Numbered from the stretch's first letter, positions 18,875 to 28,223 are shown. The stretch: 64,000 nt of DNA from Thermoanaerobaculia bacterium (GCA_035468985.1 DATISF010000028.1:38937-102936); one strand, 5' to 3'. Notes: generated by a model not told the origin, from the sequence alone. Made by a program: numbers and translations.

Positions 18875-19984
18875 TCACTTCCGAATCGCTTCAGCGATGC
18901 GGACGACCTCCGACTCCATCTCCACGCCGAACTCGCTCCGAATCTCGTAGATCCAGCCGTAGAGGAGCTCGTTGAGGATGTTGTGCACGACCGCGCCACG
19001 GTCGGCCGAGCCGGACGCGATGAGATTGTTCAGCAGCTGATCGAAATCGATGCGGCCCTCATTGACGAAATTCATCCCGCTCAGGTAGGGCAGCGTCTCC
19101 GGCGAGAGCTGCAGGACCACACGGTCCATGAAGTCGTAGACGTGGTCACCGACCTTCTGAAGAACGAGGGCGAAGATCTGCTGGAACGCGGTGTTGTAGC
19201 GCTCGACGATCCCTTCGAGCTCGTACTCGGTCGCCTCGGCCTCACGCTTCTCGACGAGGTCCGCGCCGGCCGCGTCCTGCACGAGGTTGATCACCAGGAG
19301 TCCCCACAGCGTGCGGCAGGTCGAAAAGTTCGTCAGGTAGCTTCGCTTGCAGACACTTTCGACGGTTTGGGCGCTCTCGCCGAACAGCGAGAGAACGTGC
19401 CCTTCCTCGTCGTTGAGCTCCAGCTGGTAGGCGCGCGTATCGGCGCCGGGCACCTGTTCGAGAAGGCGGTCCAGTCTTCCGATGCCGCGCATGATCAGCG
19501 ACCAGAAGTCGATCGACTCCACTCCGTCCAGAACGAGACGCTCGGTCGAAAGCGGAAGGGTGATGATCTCGTCGGGAAAGTTCGACGTGAACTCGATCGT
19601 GTAACTGCCGGTCCGGTACCGCATGGCGTTGACCACGATCGCGCTCGACTGCCTCTCCACCGCGCGGCTCAGCTCCTCCGGCTTGAGGTAGCCGAGCTCG
19701 ACGAGCAGTGCGCCGATCCGCCGCGAGACGACCAGCCGGTCCATCACGTTGTTGTATTGCTGCAGATTCAGCTCGCCCGTGCGAAGCAGCGTTTCGGCGA
19801 GTCCGACGTCCTGATCGGTGGATGACGCGAAGATGATCCGCCCTTCGTTGAAGTAGATCGTGTCGTTGCGGCCGATGGCGTCGAGCGAAAGGATCGCCGT
19901 CTCGCCGGAACGGAGGATGGAACGGAAAAGGTCGGGGACAGTCGTCTCCGCCAGCGTGCCTTGAATCGAGAGTTCTTCGGACAT
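18875..19984 (-). CDS. DUF4388-domain protein
   Basis: The N-terminus, LAETTVPDLFRSILRSGETAILSLDAIGRNDTIYFNEGRIIFASS...GLAETLLRTGELNLQQ, matches the DUF4388 pattern. The start is taken at MSEELSIQ, directly downstream of the heptamer array. Confidence 0.6.
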   Translation of the reverse strand: MSEELSIQGTLAETTVPDLFRSILRSGETAILSLDAIGRNDTIYFNEGRIIFASSTDQDVGLAETLLRTGELNLQQYNNVMDRLVVSRRIGALLVELGYLKPEELSRAVERQSSAIVVNAMRYRTGSYTIEFTSNFPDEIITLPLSTERLVLDGVESIDFWSLIMRGIGRLDRLLEQVPGADTRAYQLELNDEEGHVLSLFGESAQTVESVCKRSYLTNFSTCRTLWGLLVINLVQDAAGADLVEKREAEATEYELEGIVERYNTAFQQIFALVLQKVGDHVYDFMDRVVLQLSPETLPYLSGMNFVNEGRIDFDQLLNNLIASGSADRGAVVHNILNELLYGWIYEIRSEFGVEMESEVVRIAEAIRK

Positions 19985-19986
19985 TT

Positions 19987-20045
19987 GGGATTCGGGATTC
20001 GGGATTCGGGGTTCGGGATTCGGGATTCGGGATTCGAGATTCGAG
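19987..20045. repeat. Tandem heptanucleotide array (GGGATTC) of about 8 units, with one GGGGTTC and one GAGATTC variant, filling the whole GGDEF-DUF4388 intergenic space
   Basis: The direct read is gggattc gggattc gggattc ggggttc gggattc gggattc gggattc gagattc. Confidence 0.85.
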
Positions 20046-21356
20046 CTACGTGGTGGCCGGCTTCGTCGCGTCTTCCACCGTGGCAACGCCCACCGAGTTC
20101 TTCGTCGTCGACTTCACCTTGTACATCGCGGTGTCGGCCTGGCGGATCAGGCCTTCCTTGGTGATGGCATGGGTCGGATACGTGGCGATGCCGAAGCTGG
20201 CGGTGATGGAGATCTCGACATTCGCGTCGACATTGAAGACCGTCGCCGTCATCGCCTTGCGCACGCGGTTGGCCACGGCCATGGCCTGATCGGAATCGGT
20301 CTGCGGCAGGATGATGCAGAACTCGTCGCCGCCGAACCGCACGACCTTGTCGATGGCGCGCACGGCGCCGAGGATCCGTTTGGCCACTTCCTGAAGCGTG
20401 CGCGATCCGGTGAGATGGCCGTAAAAGTTGTTGACCATCTTCAGGTCGTCGAGGTCGAGGAAGATGATGCTGAAGAGCGTCCCGTACCTGCGGGACCGCT
20501 CGATCTCCTCGTCGAGGTAGGACTCGAAGAAGCGACGGTTGAACGCTTTGGTCAGGTCGTCGCGCATGGCCAGGTCGCGGCTGCGCGTCAACTGGTAGAT
20601 GTTGCTCAACACCTGGCCGACCGCGGCCAGATACCGGCTCACGTTGAATGCGCCTTCGTCGGTGAACGCGTCCTTCGCCTGGAGCGGCACCTTGATGACG
20701 CCGATCAGGTCCTCGTTGACCTGCAGCGGCATGACGATCATGCCGGTCCCGTTTTTCTCCCGTTCTGAGGCGAGGAGATTTCCCGACGACAGAGCGCGCT
20801 GCAACAGTCCCGGCGGAACGCCGGGAAGAAACTCGCTGGTCTCGTGATAGCTCGAGTCGTTGCTGAAACTGACGACGTAGCGCTCCAGCCGGGGGTCGTG
20901 AAGGAAGAGCGTACCCGTCTCGAGTCCGAGGAGGTCGAGGACCGTGTGCGTGATCTTCTCCGACACTTCGTCGGCTTCGACCATCGACATCATTTCGTGG
21001 ATCTGCCCGAGGTAGGTGACTTCCTGCTCCAGTTGAGAGGCGTGAGCGGCGGTCTCGGCCAGGTCATCCGCGAAGTCGAGGTACTCACCAGGGTTGTTCA
21101 GAAAGGCATCGCGATTCACGCGGATCTCGCCGCGACGCCGTTGCGGCGGCACGTCGTTTTCGCAGAGGACGATCCGCACGAGACTCTTGCGCGGCGGGGA
21201 GTCGAGAACCTTGTGCGAGTCGGCGTCGATGACGACGATCCGCGACGGGTCGTCCCCTTCGCCTGCCGCGACGAAGTTGGATGACCGGCACGCCTCGCGA
21301 AGGCGTCGGACGAGGTCGCCCCGACCCGAATAGACACCGACAGATTGCTGGTTCAT
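20046..21356 (-). CDS. GAF-domain diguanylate cyclase (GGDEF)
   Basis: The central part has a GAF-like fold. The C-terminal GGDEF domain carries the RFGGDEF A-site, and an I-site-like RxxD lies upstream. Confidence 0.8.
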   Translation of the reverse strand: MNQQSVGVYSGRGDLVRRLREACRSSNFVAAGEGDDPSRIVVIDADSHKVLDSPPRKSLVRIVLCENDVPPQRRRGEIRVNRDAFLNNPGEYLDFADDLAETAAHASQLEQEVTYLGQIHEMMSMVEADEVSEKITHTVLDLLGLETGTLFLHDPRLERYVVSFSNDSSYHETSEFLPGVPPGLLQRALSSGNLLASEREKNGTGMIVMPLQVNEDLIGVIKVPLQAKDAFTDEGAFNVSRYLAAVGQVLSNIYQLTRSRDLAMRDDLTKAFNRRFFESYLDEEIERSRRYGTLFSIIFLDLDDLKMVNNFYGHLTGSRTLQEVAKRILGAVRAIDKVVRFGGDEFCIILPQTDSDQAMAVANRVRKAMTATVFNVDANVEISITASFGIATYPTHAITKEGLIRQADTAMYKVKSTTKNSVGVATVEDATKPATT

Positions 21357-21397
21357 TCGCGCGAAACGCTTAATTCTACAATGGGTTCGGCCGACAG

Positions 21398-22195
21398 ATG
21401 CGCATCGTCCAGATCGTTCTTCCCGCCGTCACCGCGTTCGAGGAGAAGTGCCGCCGCGTCGATCACTCGACTCTCTCCACGAGACACGAAGTCCTCGTCG
21501 CCGGACCGAAGGAACCTCTGCCCGCCGCGGATGTCGCCCACGTGTACGGCCCCGGCGAACTTCCGGCTGCTGCCTTCATCGGGTTTCGACTCCCTTATGT
21601 CGCATCCTCTGAGCCAGTTGGGCGGGCCTGGGTTCGAAAGCCGGCGCGGCCTGCCTACGTGCTGTCGCCGTTGGAGAGTCCGGAGCCGGTGGAGGAGGTC
21701 TTCTTCCAACTCGAGTCCCGAATCCCGAGCCCCGAGTCCCACGTGCTCGGATCGTTTGCGAGGTCGTCGATCGCCAACCTCATCGAGCAGACGCTGGGCC
21801 GCATTCGCCGTTTCCGCGACGATGTCGAGTGGCGGCTTTTCGAGCGCGCGCCGACGCCCGAGGATCTAGCCGGCGTAGACGCGTGGGTCGATCCTGCCAC
21901 CGCCGAGGATGATCTCGACGGCTTCGTCGCCGAGGCGCTCGTGTCGGGCAAACCCGTTGTGGCATCGAGAATTACGATCAATTTGCAGCGCCTCGAAAAA
22001 GGGCGCACCGGCTTCCTCGTTCCGCCGGGAGATCCCAACGAGCTCACTCATGCGATACTAACTGCCCTATTCAAGCCAGAGGTGGCGCGAACGAAAATTG
22101 AGGCAGCACGACAGACCGCCGGCAAGTTCCGGCCCAGGCAACGCCTTCGTCTGCTCGAGCGTATCTACGAGACCGTGATGAAGCCGTCATCCTGA
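21398..22195 (+). CDS. Truncated or degenerate family-1 (GT4-like) glycosyltransferase with an internal heptamer repeat
   Basis: The C-terminal half, FVAEALVSGKPVVASRI...GRTGFLVPPGDPNELTHAIL, is a GT4 C-terminal domain. The protein has only 265 aa against about 370 expected. A (GAGTCCC/GAATCCC) repeat lies at 21706-21733 in the middle. The 3' end runs into a REP-like hairpin. Confidence 0.4.
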   Translation: MRIVQIVLPAVTAFEEKCRRVDHSTLSTRHEVLVAGPKEPLPAADVAHVYGPGELPAAAFIGFRLPYVASSEPVGRAWVRKPARPAYVLSPLESPEPVEEVFFQLESRIPSPESHVLGSFARSSIANLIEQTLGRIRRFRDDVEWRLFERAPTPEDLAGVDAWVDPATAEDDLDGFVAEALVSGKPVVASRITINLQRLEKGRTGFLVPPGDPNELTHAILTALFKPEVARTKIEAARQTAGKFRPRQRLRLLERIYETVMKPSS

Positions 22196-22246
22196 GCGAA
22201 GCGAAGGATTCTCGTCCCCGAGACTCTTCGCTTCGCCCAGAGTGAC
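22186..22246. repeat. Short REP-like hairpin variant
   Basis: The sequence is GTCATCCTGAGCGAAGCGAAG-gattctcgtccccgagact-CTTCGCTTCGCCCAGAGTGAC. It overlaps the stop of the GT-like ORF. Confidence 0.6.
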
Positions 22247-22252
22247 GTCCAG

Positions 22253-23491
22253 ATGACCCGAATCCTCGAAATCCCGAATCCACAACGGCGAGCCATCGAT
22301 CTTGTGAAAGAGGTGGCGGCGGAGAAGGAATGCCGTCCATTCCTCGTCGGCGGTCCGGTGCGCGACCTGCTCCTCGGCCGCCCCGTCTCGGACGTCGATC
22401 TGACGCTCGAGGAGGGCAGCTCGGTCCTGGCCCGGGCGCTGGCCAAGAGAATCGAAGGCCGCGTCCGCTCTTACCCCCAGTTCCTGACGTACAAGGTCAG
22501 CGCCGACGGCTTTCCCGAGATCGACATCGCCACGGCCCGCAAGGAGAAGTACCGGGCACCCGGGGCGCTCCCGACCGTATCGGAAGGGAAACTCAAGGAC
22601 GACCTGCTGCGGCGCGATTTCGCGATCAACGCCATGGCCATGGATCTCCTCGACGGGACGATCCACGACCCGGCCGGCGGTCAGCATGACCTCTCCACGA
22701 GGGTCGTCCGCGTTCTTCACGACAACAGCTTCATCGACGACCCCACCCGCATCTTCCGCGCGATTCGCCTCGCCAAGCGTCTCGGATTCTCGATCGAGCA
22801 TCACACGGCGGAGTGGATGAAGCGCGCCATCGCCGGCGGCGCACTCTCGGCGGTCTCGCGCGAACGCTTGTGGCGCGAGCTGTTCCTGGCGATGGACGAG
22901 CGTGAGGCGCCGAAGATCCTCGTGGCGCTCCACAAGGCGCACGCGCTCGTTCCGATCTTCGGACTGGAATTGCGCGCCGGGAATCCTGATCCGTTCGAGA
23001 AAATCCGGCGCCAGGTCGAGGCGCAGCCGAACCTCGATCGCTACGTCCTCTACACGGGCATGCTGCTGCGCGGCACGGATGCGACGGCGGCGAACCTCGA
23101 AGGCTCGGGCTTCTCGCAGAAGCGCGCGCGGGCCGTGCTGCAGATCGCGCGCGACCTGTCGCGGTTCAAGAAAGCCCTCAACGGAGCGGCCTCCGACCGC
23201 CAGCGATTCCGGCTGTTCAAGACGATGTCTCCCGAACTGCTGATGCTCCTCGTGGCCGACCGCCCCGAGGAACGCACGAATGTGTCGCGATTCCAGGAGT
23301 TCCAGAAGTTCAAGCTGCCACTCCGCGGCGACGATCTCGAGGTGCCGGTCGGGCCGCATATCGCCCGGGCGCTCGAACGGACCCGCGAGGCGGTCTTCAG
23401 CGGGGAGATCCCGCCGGATCAGGCGCGTTCTTTTGCCCGCGGCCTGGCCATCAAGTATCTTAGTCGGGAGCAACCGGCCGATCCGAAATGA
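22253..23491 (+). CDS. cca: CCA-adding enzyme / tRNA nucleotidyltransferase
   Basis: The polymerase-beta head motif is FLVGGPVRDLLLG...DVDL. An RRDFAINAMA motif is present and the C-terminal helical tRNA-binding part is long. The first codons sit in a GAATCCC-type heptamer stretch. Confidence 0.75.
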   Translation: MTRILEIPNPQRRAIDLVKEVAAEKECRPFLVGGPVRDLLLGRPVSDVDLTLEEGSSVLARALAKRIEGRVRSYPQFLTYKVSADGFPEIDIATARKEKYRAPGALPTVSEGKLKDDLLRRDFAINAMAMDLLDGTIHDPAGGQHDLSTRVVRVLHDNSFIDDPTRIFRAIRLAKRLGFSIEHHTAEWMKRAIAGGALSAVSRERLWRELFLAMDEREAPKILVALHKAHALVPIFGLELRAGNPDPFEKIRRQVEAQPNLDRYVLYTGMLLRGTDATAANLEGSGFSQKRARAVLQIARDLSRFKKALNGAASDRQRFRLFKTMSPELLMLLVADRPEERTNVSRFQEFQKFKLPLRGDDLEVPVGPHIARALERTREAVFSGEIPPDQARSFARGLAIKYLSREQPADPK

Positions 23492-24294
23492 AGGTCTTGG
23501 TGAGATGTGCGGCGCTGATGATGGTGTTGGCGCCCCTCCCCGCTCTCGCGCAGACACCCCCTCCCGATCCCCCGCCGACGCACGACATCACGAAAGTCGA
23601 CCCCGCACCCCTGGGCGGCGCGATTGCCGTGCCGCTCCCTGAGGATCAGCTGCGCCAGATGCGGAAGTACGGGCTGGACGAGCTCGCGGGCAGCCGTCAG
23701 GCCATCGGATCGCAGCTCATCGACGGCCACCTTCCGCGGCCGCTCCTCGATTACTACGTGCACAGCGGCAACATCGATCAACGATTGTCGATCTTCGAGC
23801 GCGGTCTGGTGGTCATCCGGATGACGGGCGCAGGCGGCATCATTCAGAAGCGCGTGATCATTCCGGACGGCGCAGTCAGGAAATACCTCGAATCCGCGGC
23901 GCCGGAGAAGATCGAGCAGATCCGAACCACCGAGTTGCGCGATCCGACGCAGAACCGCATCGCATTCCTGCGCGTGTACCGCGACGGCGCGACGTTCGTC
24001 GAACGCGTATTCGATCCCTCCCTCGCGCCGCCGAAGATCCTGCACGACGCGGTGCTCCCCATCGAGGACCTTCTCCGCGCGATCTCCGAGGACCGCGAGG
24101 TGACGAGCACGCTGGCGGGCTACGAACCGCATGTCGGCGACGAGCTGGTCGGCGACGACCGCAAGACCTGGCGCGTGGAGCGGATCATCTCCAGCAGCGG
24201 CATCGTCGAGCTGCACTGCACGTCGCAGCCGATGGTCATGTACGTCGCGAAGAAGGATCTGTACAACTACTTCGTCGGGCGTCCCAGTCAATGA
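23488..24294 (+). CDS. Secreted hypothetical protein
   Basis: There is a signal peptide, MKVLVRCAALMMVLAPLPALAQ. No recognisable domain was found. The ORF is tightly packed between cca and rsmD. Confidence 0.45.
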   Translation: MKVLVRCAALMMVLAPLPALAQTPPPDPPPTHDITKVDPAPLGGAIAVPLPEDQLRQMRKYGLDELAGSRQAIGSQLIDGHLPRPLLDYYVHSGNIDQRLSIFERGLVVIRMTGAGGIIQKRVIIPDGAVRKYLESAAPEKIEQIRTTELRDPTQNRIAFLRVYRDGATFVERVFDPSLAPPKILHDAVLPIEDLLRAISEDREVTSTLAGYEPHVGDELVGDDRKTWRVERIISSSGIVELHCTSQPMVMYVAKKDLYNYFVGRPSQ

Positions 24295-24298
24295 GGTG

Positions 24299-24880
24299 AT
24301 GTCGTCCCTCCGAATCACGGCCGGAACCCTTCGCGGCCGCCGCATCCCTGTTCCGCGCGGCGACGTCCGACCGACATCCGAACGCGCTCGTCAGGCGTAC
24401 TTCAACATCGTCGGCGACCGGATCGCCGGCGCGAGCTTTCTCGATCTTTTCGCCGGCAGCGGCATCTTCTCGTTCGAAGCGGTGTCGCGCGGTGCGGCAT
24501 CATCGACGGCCATCGATCGCGACACGGCCGGAATTGCGAAGCAGGCCGAAGACCTCGGCGTAACCAACATCCAAACGATTGCCGGTGATGCTCTGAGCGC
24601 GCTGAAACGCCTGCCCGCCGAACGGTTCGATCTCGTCTACGCCGATCCGCCGTACGACTATGACCGCTACGGCGATCTGCTCGAAGCGATCGAAAAAATC
24701 CATCTCGCCGATGAGGCGATCGTGGCGGTGGAACACAGACGCCGCACAGATCTGTTCAACCGAGGACCGAGGAGCGGGGACCGAGGACTGAAATCTCTGC
24801 GCCGCGCCGAATACGGCGAGGTGTGGATCACGTTCTTTCAGGCTGAGACTGCCACAGGAATTGCAATGGAAAACGAATGA
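24299..24880 (+). CDS. rsmD: 16S rRNA (guanine966-N2)-methyltransferase
   Basis: RsmD motifs are present: FLDLFAGSG (SAM-binding) and VYADPPY (catalytic). The start is the ATG at 24299 just after the upstream stop. Confidence 0.8.
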   Translation: MSSLRITAGTLRGRRIPVPRGDVRPTSERARQAYFNIVGDRIAGASFLDLFAGSGIFSFEAVSRGAASSTAIDRDTAGIAKQAEDLGVTNIQTIAGDALSALKRLPAERFDLVYADPPYDYDRYGDLLEAIEKIHLADEAIVAVEHRRRTDLFNRGPRSGDRGLKSLRRAEYGEVWITFFQAETATGIAMENE

Positions 24881-25851
24881 GGACTATGGAACTCACACTA
24901 GACGAACAGGGCGCCCACACACTTTTCGGCAATCACGATGAAAACCTCCGCATGCTCGAGGAAGCCTTCGATGTGAAGATCTCTTCGCGCGGCAACGAGA
25001 TCTTCGTCAAGGGCCCCGCCGAGAACGTCGCTCCGGTCGAGAAGCTCCTCGCGCAGATGCAGGAGCTCATCGGCCAGGGCTATCCGGTCAGGAAATCGGA
25101 CGTGCTGACCGGCGCGCGCGTCCTGCGCGACAAGCCGGATGTGAACCTGGTCGACTTCTTCACCGACGATGCCGTCGGCCAGTCGGTGCGCCGCGTCGTC
25201 ACACCCCGCAACTTCGCACAGAAGCTCTATCTGCAGTCGATCCAGGAGTACGACATCACGTTCGGCATCGGTCCGGCCGGCACTGGGAAGACGTTTCTCG
25301 CCGTCGCCGCCGCCGCCGCATGGCTGAACGAGAAACAGATCAAGCGCATCATCCTCTGCCGCCCCGCCGTCGAAGCCGGCGAGCGCCTCGGCTTTCTTCC
25401 GGGTGACATCGCCGAAAAGGTCAACCCCTACCTGCGGCCGCTCTACGACTCGCTGTACGACATCGTCGGATTCGAGAAAGTCGAGAAACTGATGGAGCGC
25501 AGCATCATCGAGATCGCGCCGCTCGCCTTCATGCGCGGCCGCACGCTCAATGACGCGTTCATCATCCTCGACGAAGCGCAGAACACCACTCCCGAGCAGA
25601 TGAAAATGTTCCTCACGCGCCTCGGCTTCGGTTCGAAAGCCGTGGTCACCGGCGATGTCACACAGGTCGATTTGCCGGAGGGAAAAAAGTCGGGACTGCG
25701 CGCGGCGCGGAAGATCCTCGAGAACGTCGAGGGCATCAAGTTCTTCGATTTCACCGACAAGGATGTCGTCCGCCATCCGCTCGTCTCGAAGATCGTGGGC
25801 GCCTACGACCGCGCCGACCGCGAAGCGCAGCCCGCGAAATCGTCGTCATGA
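24877..25851 (+). CDS. phoH: PhoH-family ATPase
   Basis: The Walker A is GPAGTGKT. The motifs ILDEAQN and the C-terminal PhoH pattern are conserved. It lies upstream of ybeY, as in many bacteria. Confidence 0.85.
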   Translation: MRTMELTLDEQGAHTLFGNHDENLRMLEEAFDVKISSRGNEIFVKGPAENVAPVEKLLAQMQELIGQGYPVRKSDVLTGARVLRDKPDVNLVDFFTDDAVGQSVRRVVTPRNFAQKLYLQSIQEYDITFGIGPAGTGKTFLAVAAAAAWLNEKQIKRIILCRPAVEAGERLGFLPGDIAEKVNPYLRPLYDSLYDIVGFEKVEKLMERSIIEIAPLAFMRGRTLNDAFIILDEAQNTTPEQMKMFLTRLGFGSKAVVTGDVTQVDLPEGKKSGLRAARKILENVEGIKFFDFTDKDVVRHPLVSKIVGAYDRADREAQPAKSSS

Positions 25852-26282
25852 ACATCGAGGTCACCGGCCATGCCGTTCCGCGGCTGACCCGGCGCGAGAT
25901 CGCTGCGTTCGTGAGAAGAGTGCTCCTGAAACTCGATGTCGACGAAGAAATCACGGACGTGTCCATCGCATTCGTCGACGACCCGTCGATGAAGAGCCTC
26001 AACCGGAAATTCCGGCACAAGAACCGGACCACCGACGTGCTCACCTTCCCTGCCGATGAGACCTACGGCGATCCGCACCGCAAGGGCAAACCACTCGGCG
26101 ACATCGTCGTTTCCGTCGATCAGGCCAGGCGCCAGGCCGCCGAAGAGCGCCATTCCATCGCAACGGAGGTCCGCTATCTGCTCGTGCACGGCGTCCTTCA
26201 CGCACTCGGCTATGACCACGAGAACGACAACGGAGAGATGAACGAGCTGGAGCTTGATGTGCGGGAGGCCGTGGGCCTCTAA
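25848..26282 (+). CDS. ybeY: Endoribonuclease YbeY (rRNA maturation factor)
   Basis: The zinc-binding motif HGVLHALGYDHE is present. The size is typical at 144 aa. Confidence 0.85.
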   Translation: MNIEVTGHAVPRLTRREIAAFVRRVLLKLDVDEEITDVSIAFVDDPSMKSLNRKFRHKNRTTDVLTFPADETYGDPHRKGKPLGDIVVSVDQARRQAAEERHSIATEVRYLLVHGVLHALGYDHENDNGEMNELELDVREAVGL

Positions 26283-26287
26283 GGGAA

Positions 26288-26942
26288 CCTCCGCGCAAGT
26301 CGTCATCCTGAGTCGGCGAAGCGCGACGAAGGATCTCAGGATTCGAAAACACGTGCCATTTCGAGATCCTTCGCCGTCTTCGCGGCTCAGGATGACGTGA
26401 ACGACGACTTGCGCAGAGGTCCACAAGTACTGCTGTGGCACGGTAAGTACTGCTGTGGCCGCGGCGCAGCACATCGATCTTCTCTCGCATATGACGGTGT
26501 CGCACTTCGCATCGCTGTTCAGGGATGTCCCCTAGGGAAGCTCTGCACAAGTCGTTGATCACGTCATCCCGAGTCGGCGAAGCGCGACGAAGGATCTCCG
26601 GATGCGATAACGCCTGCCATTTCGAGATCCTTCGCCGTCTTCGCGGCTCAGGATGACGTGAACGACGACTTGCGCAGAGGTCCACAAGTACTGCTGTGGC
26701 CACGGCAAGTACTGCTGTGGCCGCGGCGCAGCGCATCGATCTTCCCTCGCATATGACGGCGCTGCACTTCGCATCGCTGTTCAGGGATGTCCCCTAGGGA
26801 AGCTCTGCACACGTCGTTGATCACGTCATCCTGAGTCGGCGAAGCGCGACGAAGGATCTCCGAATGCGACAACGCCTGCCATTTCGAGATCCTTCGCCGT
26901 CTTCGCGGCTCAGGATGACGTGAACAACGACTTGCGCAGAGG
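26288..26942. repeat. Tandem array of three REP-like elements (26288-26419, 26539-26680, 26802-26942) separated by two near-identical roughly 115-bp spacers
   Basis: The period is about 250-260 bp. The spacers contain the internal direct repeat AAGTACTGCTGTGGC twice. Confidence 0.85.
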
Positions 26943-26946
26943 TCGA

Positions 26947-28092
26947 CTAGAACTCGATGATGCCGTCCTTCCAGAGCTTGTAGAAGATCATCAGCGCATC
27001 GGCCTCTCGGATCGGGCTGATCTTGATCAGCGATCCAATGTCCCACGTTCCGTTGATGCGCGAGAGGATGAAGCCCTCGTTCGGAGTGAAGTTCATGGTC
27101 GTGATCTCTTCGAGCGACTTCGTGACGCGGGGGACTTCGTTGTCGTGAATCCCCTGATTCCGCAGTTCGGCCATGATGACCGCCTCGGCGCCCTTGACCG
27201 CGCTGCGGACTTTCGGGTGATTGGAGTCGAGATTCTGCGCCGCCTTCAGCAGCCGCTGGGTCTTGTCGAAGTCCTTGGCGCGTAGTGCGGTCTGGGCGGC
27301 GCTGAGGAGCGAGTTGATCTCGTCGGACTCGTTGAAGCCCGCTTCCACCGCCGGGAACGGCTCCGGCTCGGCAGGCGCCCCGCCCGCCACCGCCGCTTCC
27401 AGCAGCTGAATGAACCCGGCCCGCACGAGCGGGCGCAACGTCGAACAGACGATGAATGACGACGAACGGCTTTCCAGCACGATCTCGGCGATGGTCCGCT
27501 TGCCGTCGATCGAGTCGATCACCTGTGTCTGTGCCTCGCCGAATTCTTCATCGACCTCGATCGGCTTCTGCACCACCGGCACGACCGCGTCGTTCGGAAT
27601 CACCTCGCGGATCCGCGGCCATTCGTCCGATCGCCGCGTCCCCTCCATGATGATCCCGGTGACGTCGATGCGCAGCGGCACCATTTCCATCTGTGGCAAC
27701 TCGTCGTCGAGGAATTGGAAAGTCCCCTCTTTCCACAGGAAGACGTCGAAGATCTCCTCCTCCGCCTTGAGGCGCATGAGCCGCGTCAGGTCCTTCTCGG
27801 TGATGAGGCCAATGATGACCAGAATCTTGCCGAGAAGGATGCTCGACTGCTGCTGGACCTCCATCGCCTTGCGCAGCTCTTCCTCGTTCAGATAGCCGTG
27901 GCTCATCAGGAACTGGCCGAGGTATTCGCGGGGATCGTTGGATGCGGAGGAGATGACGCGGCCGGACTCGAAGAAGATCTTCTTTTCGACGTCCTTGCTG
28001 GTGACGACGAGAGTGCCGGTCTTCTGCGCCAGGCTCAACCACTGAAGCAGGTCGCCCGGCAGCATCGACTTCAGGTTACCGCTGACTCCCAT
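26947..28092 (-). CDS. DUF4388-domain protein, second paralog
   Basis: The N-terminus, LPGDLLQWLSLAQKTGTLVVTSKDVEKKIFFESGRVISSASND...LGQFLMSHGYLNEEEL, matches the DUF4388 pattern. Confidence 0.6.
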   Translation of the reverse strand: MGVSGNLKSMLPGDLLQWLSLAQKTGTLVVTSKDVEKKIFFESGRVISSASNDPREYLGQFLMSHGYLNEEELRKAMEVQQQSSILLGKILVIIGLITEKDLTRLMRLKAEEEIFDVFLWKEGTFQFLDDELPQMEMVPLRIDVTGIIMEGTRRSDEWPRIREVIPNDAVVPVVQKPIEVDEEFGEAQTQVIDSIDGKRTIAEIVLESRSSSFIVCSTLRPLVRAGFIQLLEAAVAGGAPAEPEPFPAVEAGFNESDEINSLLSAAQTALRAKDFDKTQRLLKAAQNLDSNHPKVRSAVKGAEAVIMAELRNQGIHDNEVPRVTKSLEEITTMNFTPNEGFILSRINGTWDIGSLIKISPIREADALMIFYKLWKDGIIEF

Positions 28093-28150
28093 CTCGTAAA
28101 GGGTTGTGAATTATAACGTTTGGACGTTTACTAGCGGGCCTGGGTCCCGG

Positions 28151-28219
28151 CTCCTCGGTTCTCGGTCGAGAATTGGTTCGGGGGAAACCGAGGACCGAGG
28201 ACGGGAGGACCGAGGACCG
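28151..28219. repeat. Inverted repeat built from CGAGGAC-type heptamers in the divergent DUF4388/mcm promoter region
   Basis: The left arm is CTCCTCGGTTCTCGGTCG. The right arm is CGAGGACCGAGGACGGGAGGACCGAGGACCG. Confidence 0.5.
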
Positions 28220-28223
28220 CTGC

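Noticed and set aside
26288-26942. The periodic repeat/spacer arrays at 26.3 kb and 18.4 kb could be a CRISPR array.
   Set aside because: The repeat unit is a 130-145 bp imperfect palindrome rather than a 24-48 bp direct repeat. The spacers are near-identical to each other. No cas genes or leader are present.
28093-28223. A cobalamin riboswitch upstream of the mutase gene.
   Set aside because: No B12-box-like conserved core was visible in the 130-nt leader. Only heptamer inverted repeats and an AT-rich promoter-like stretch were seen.
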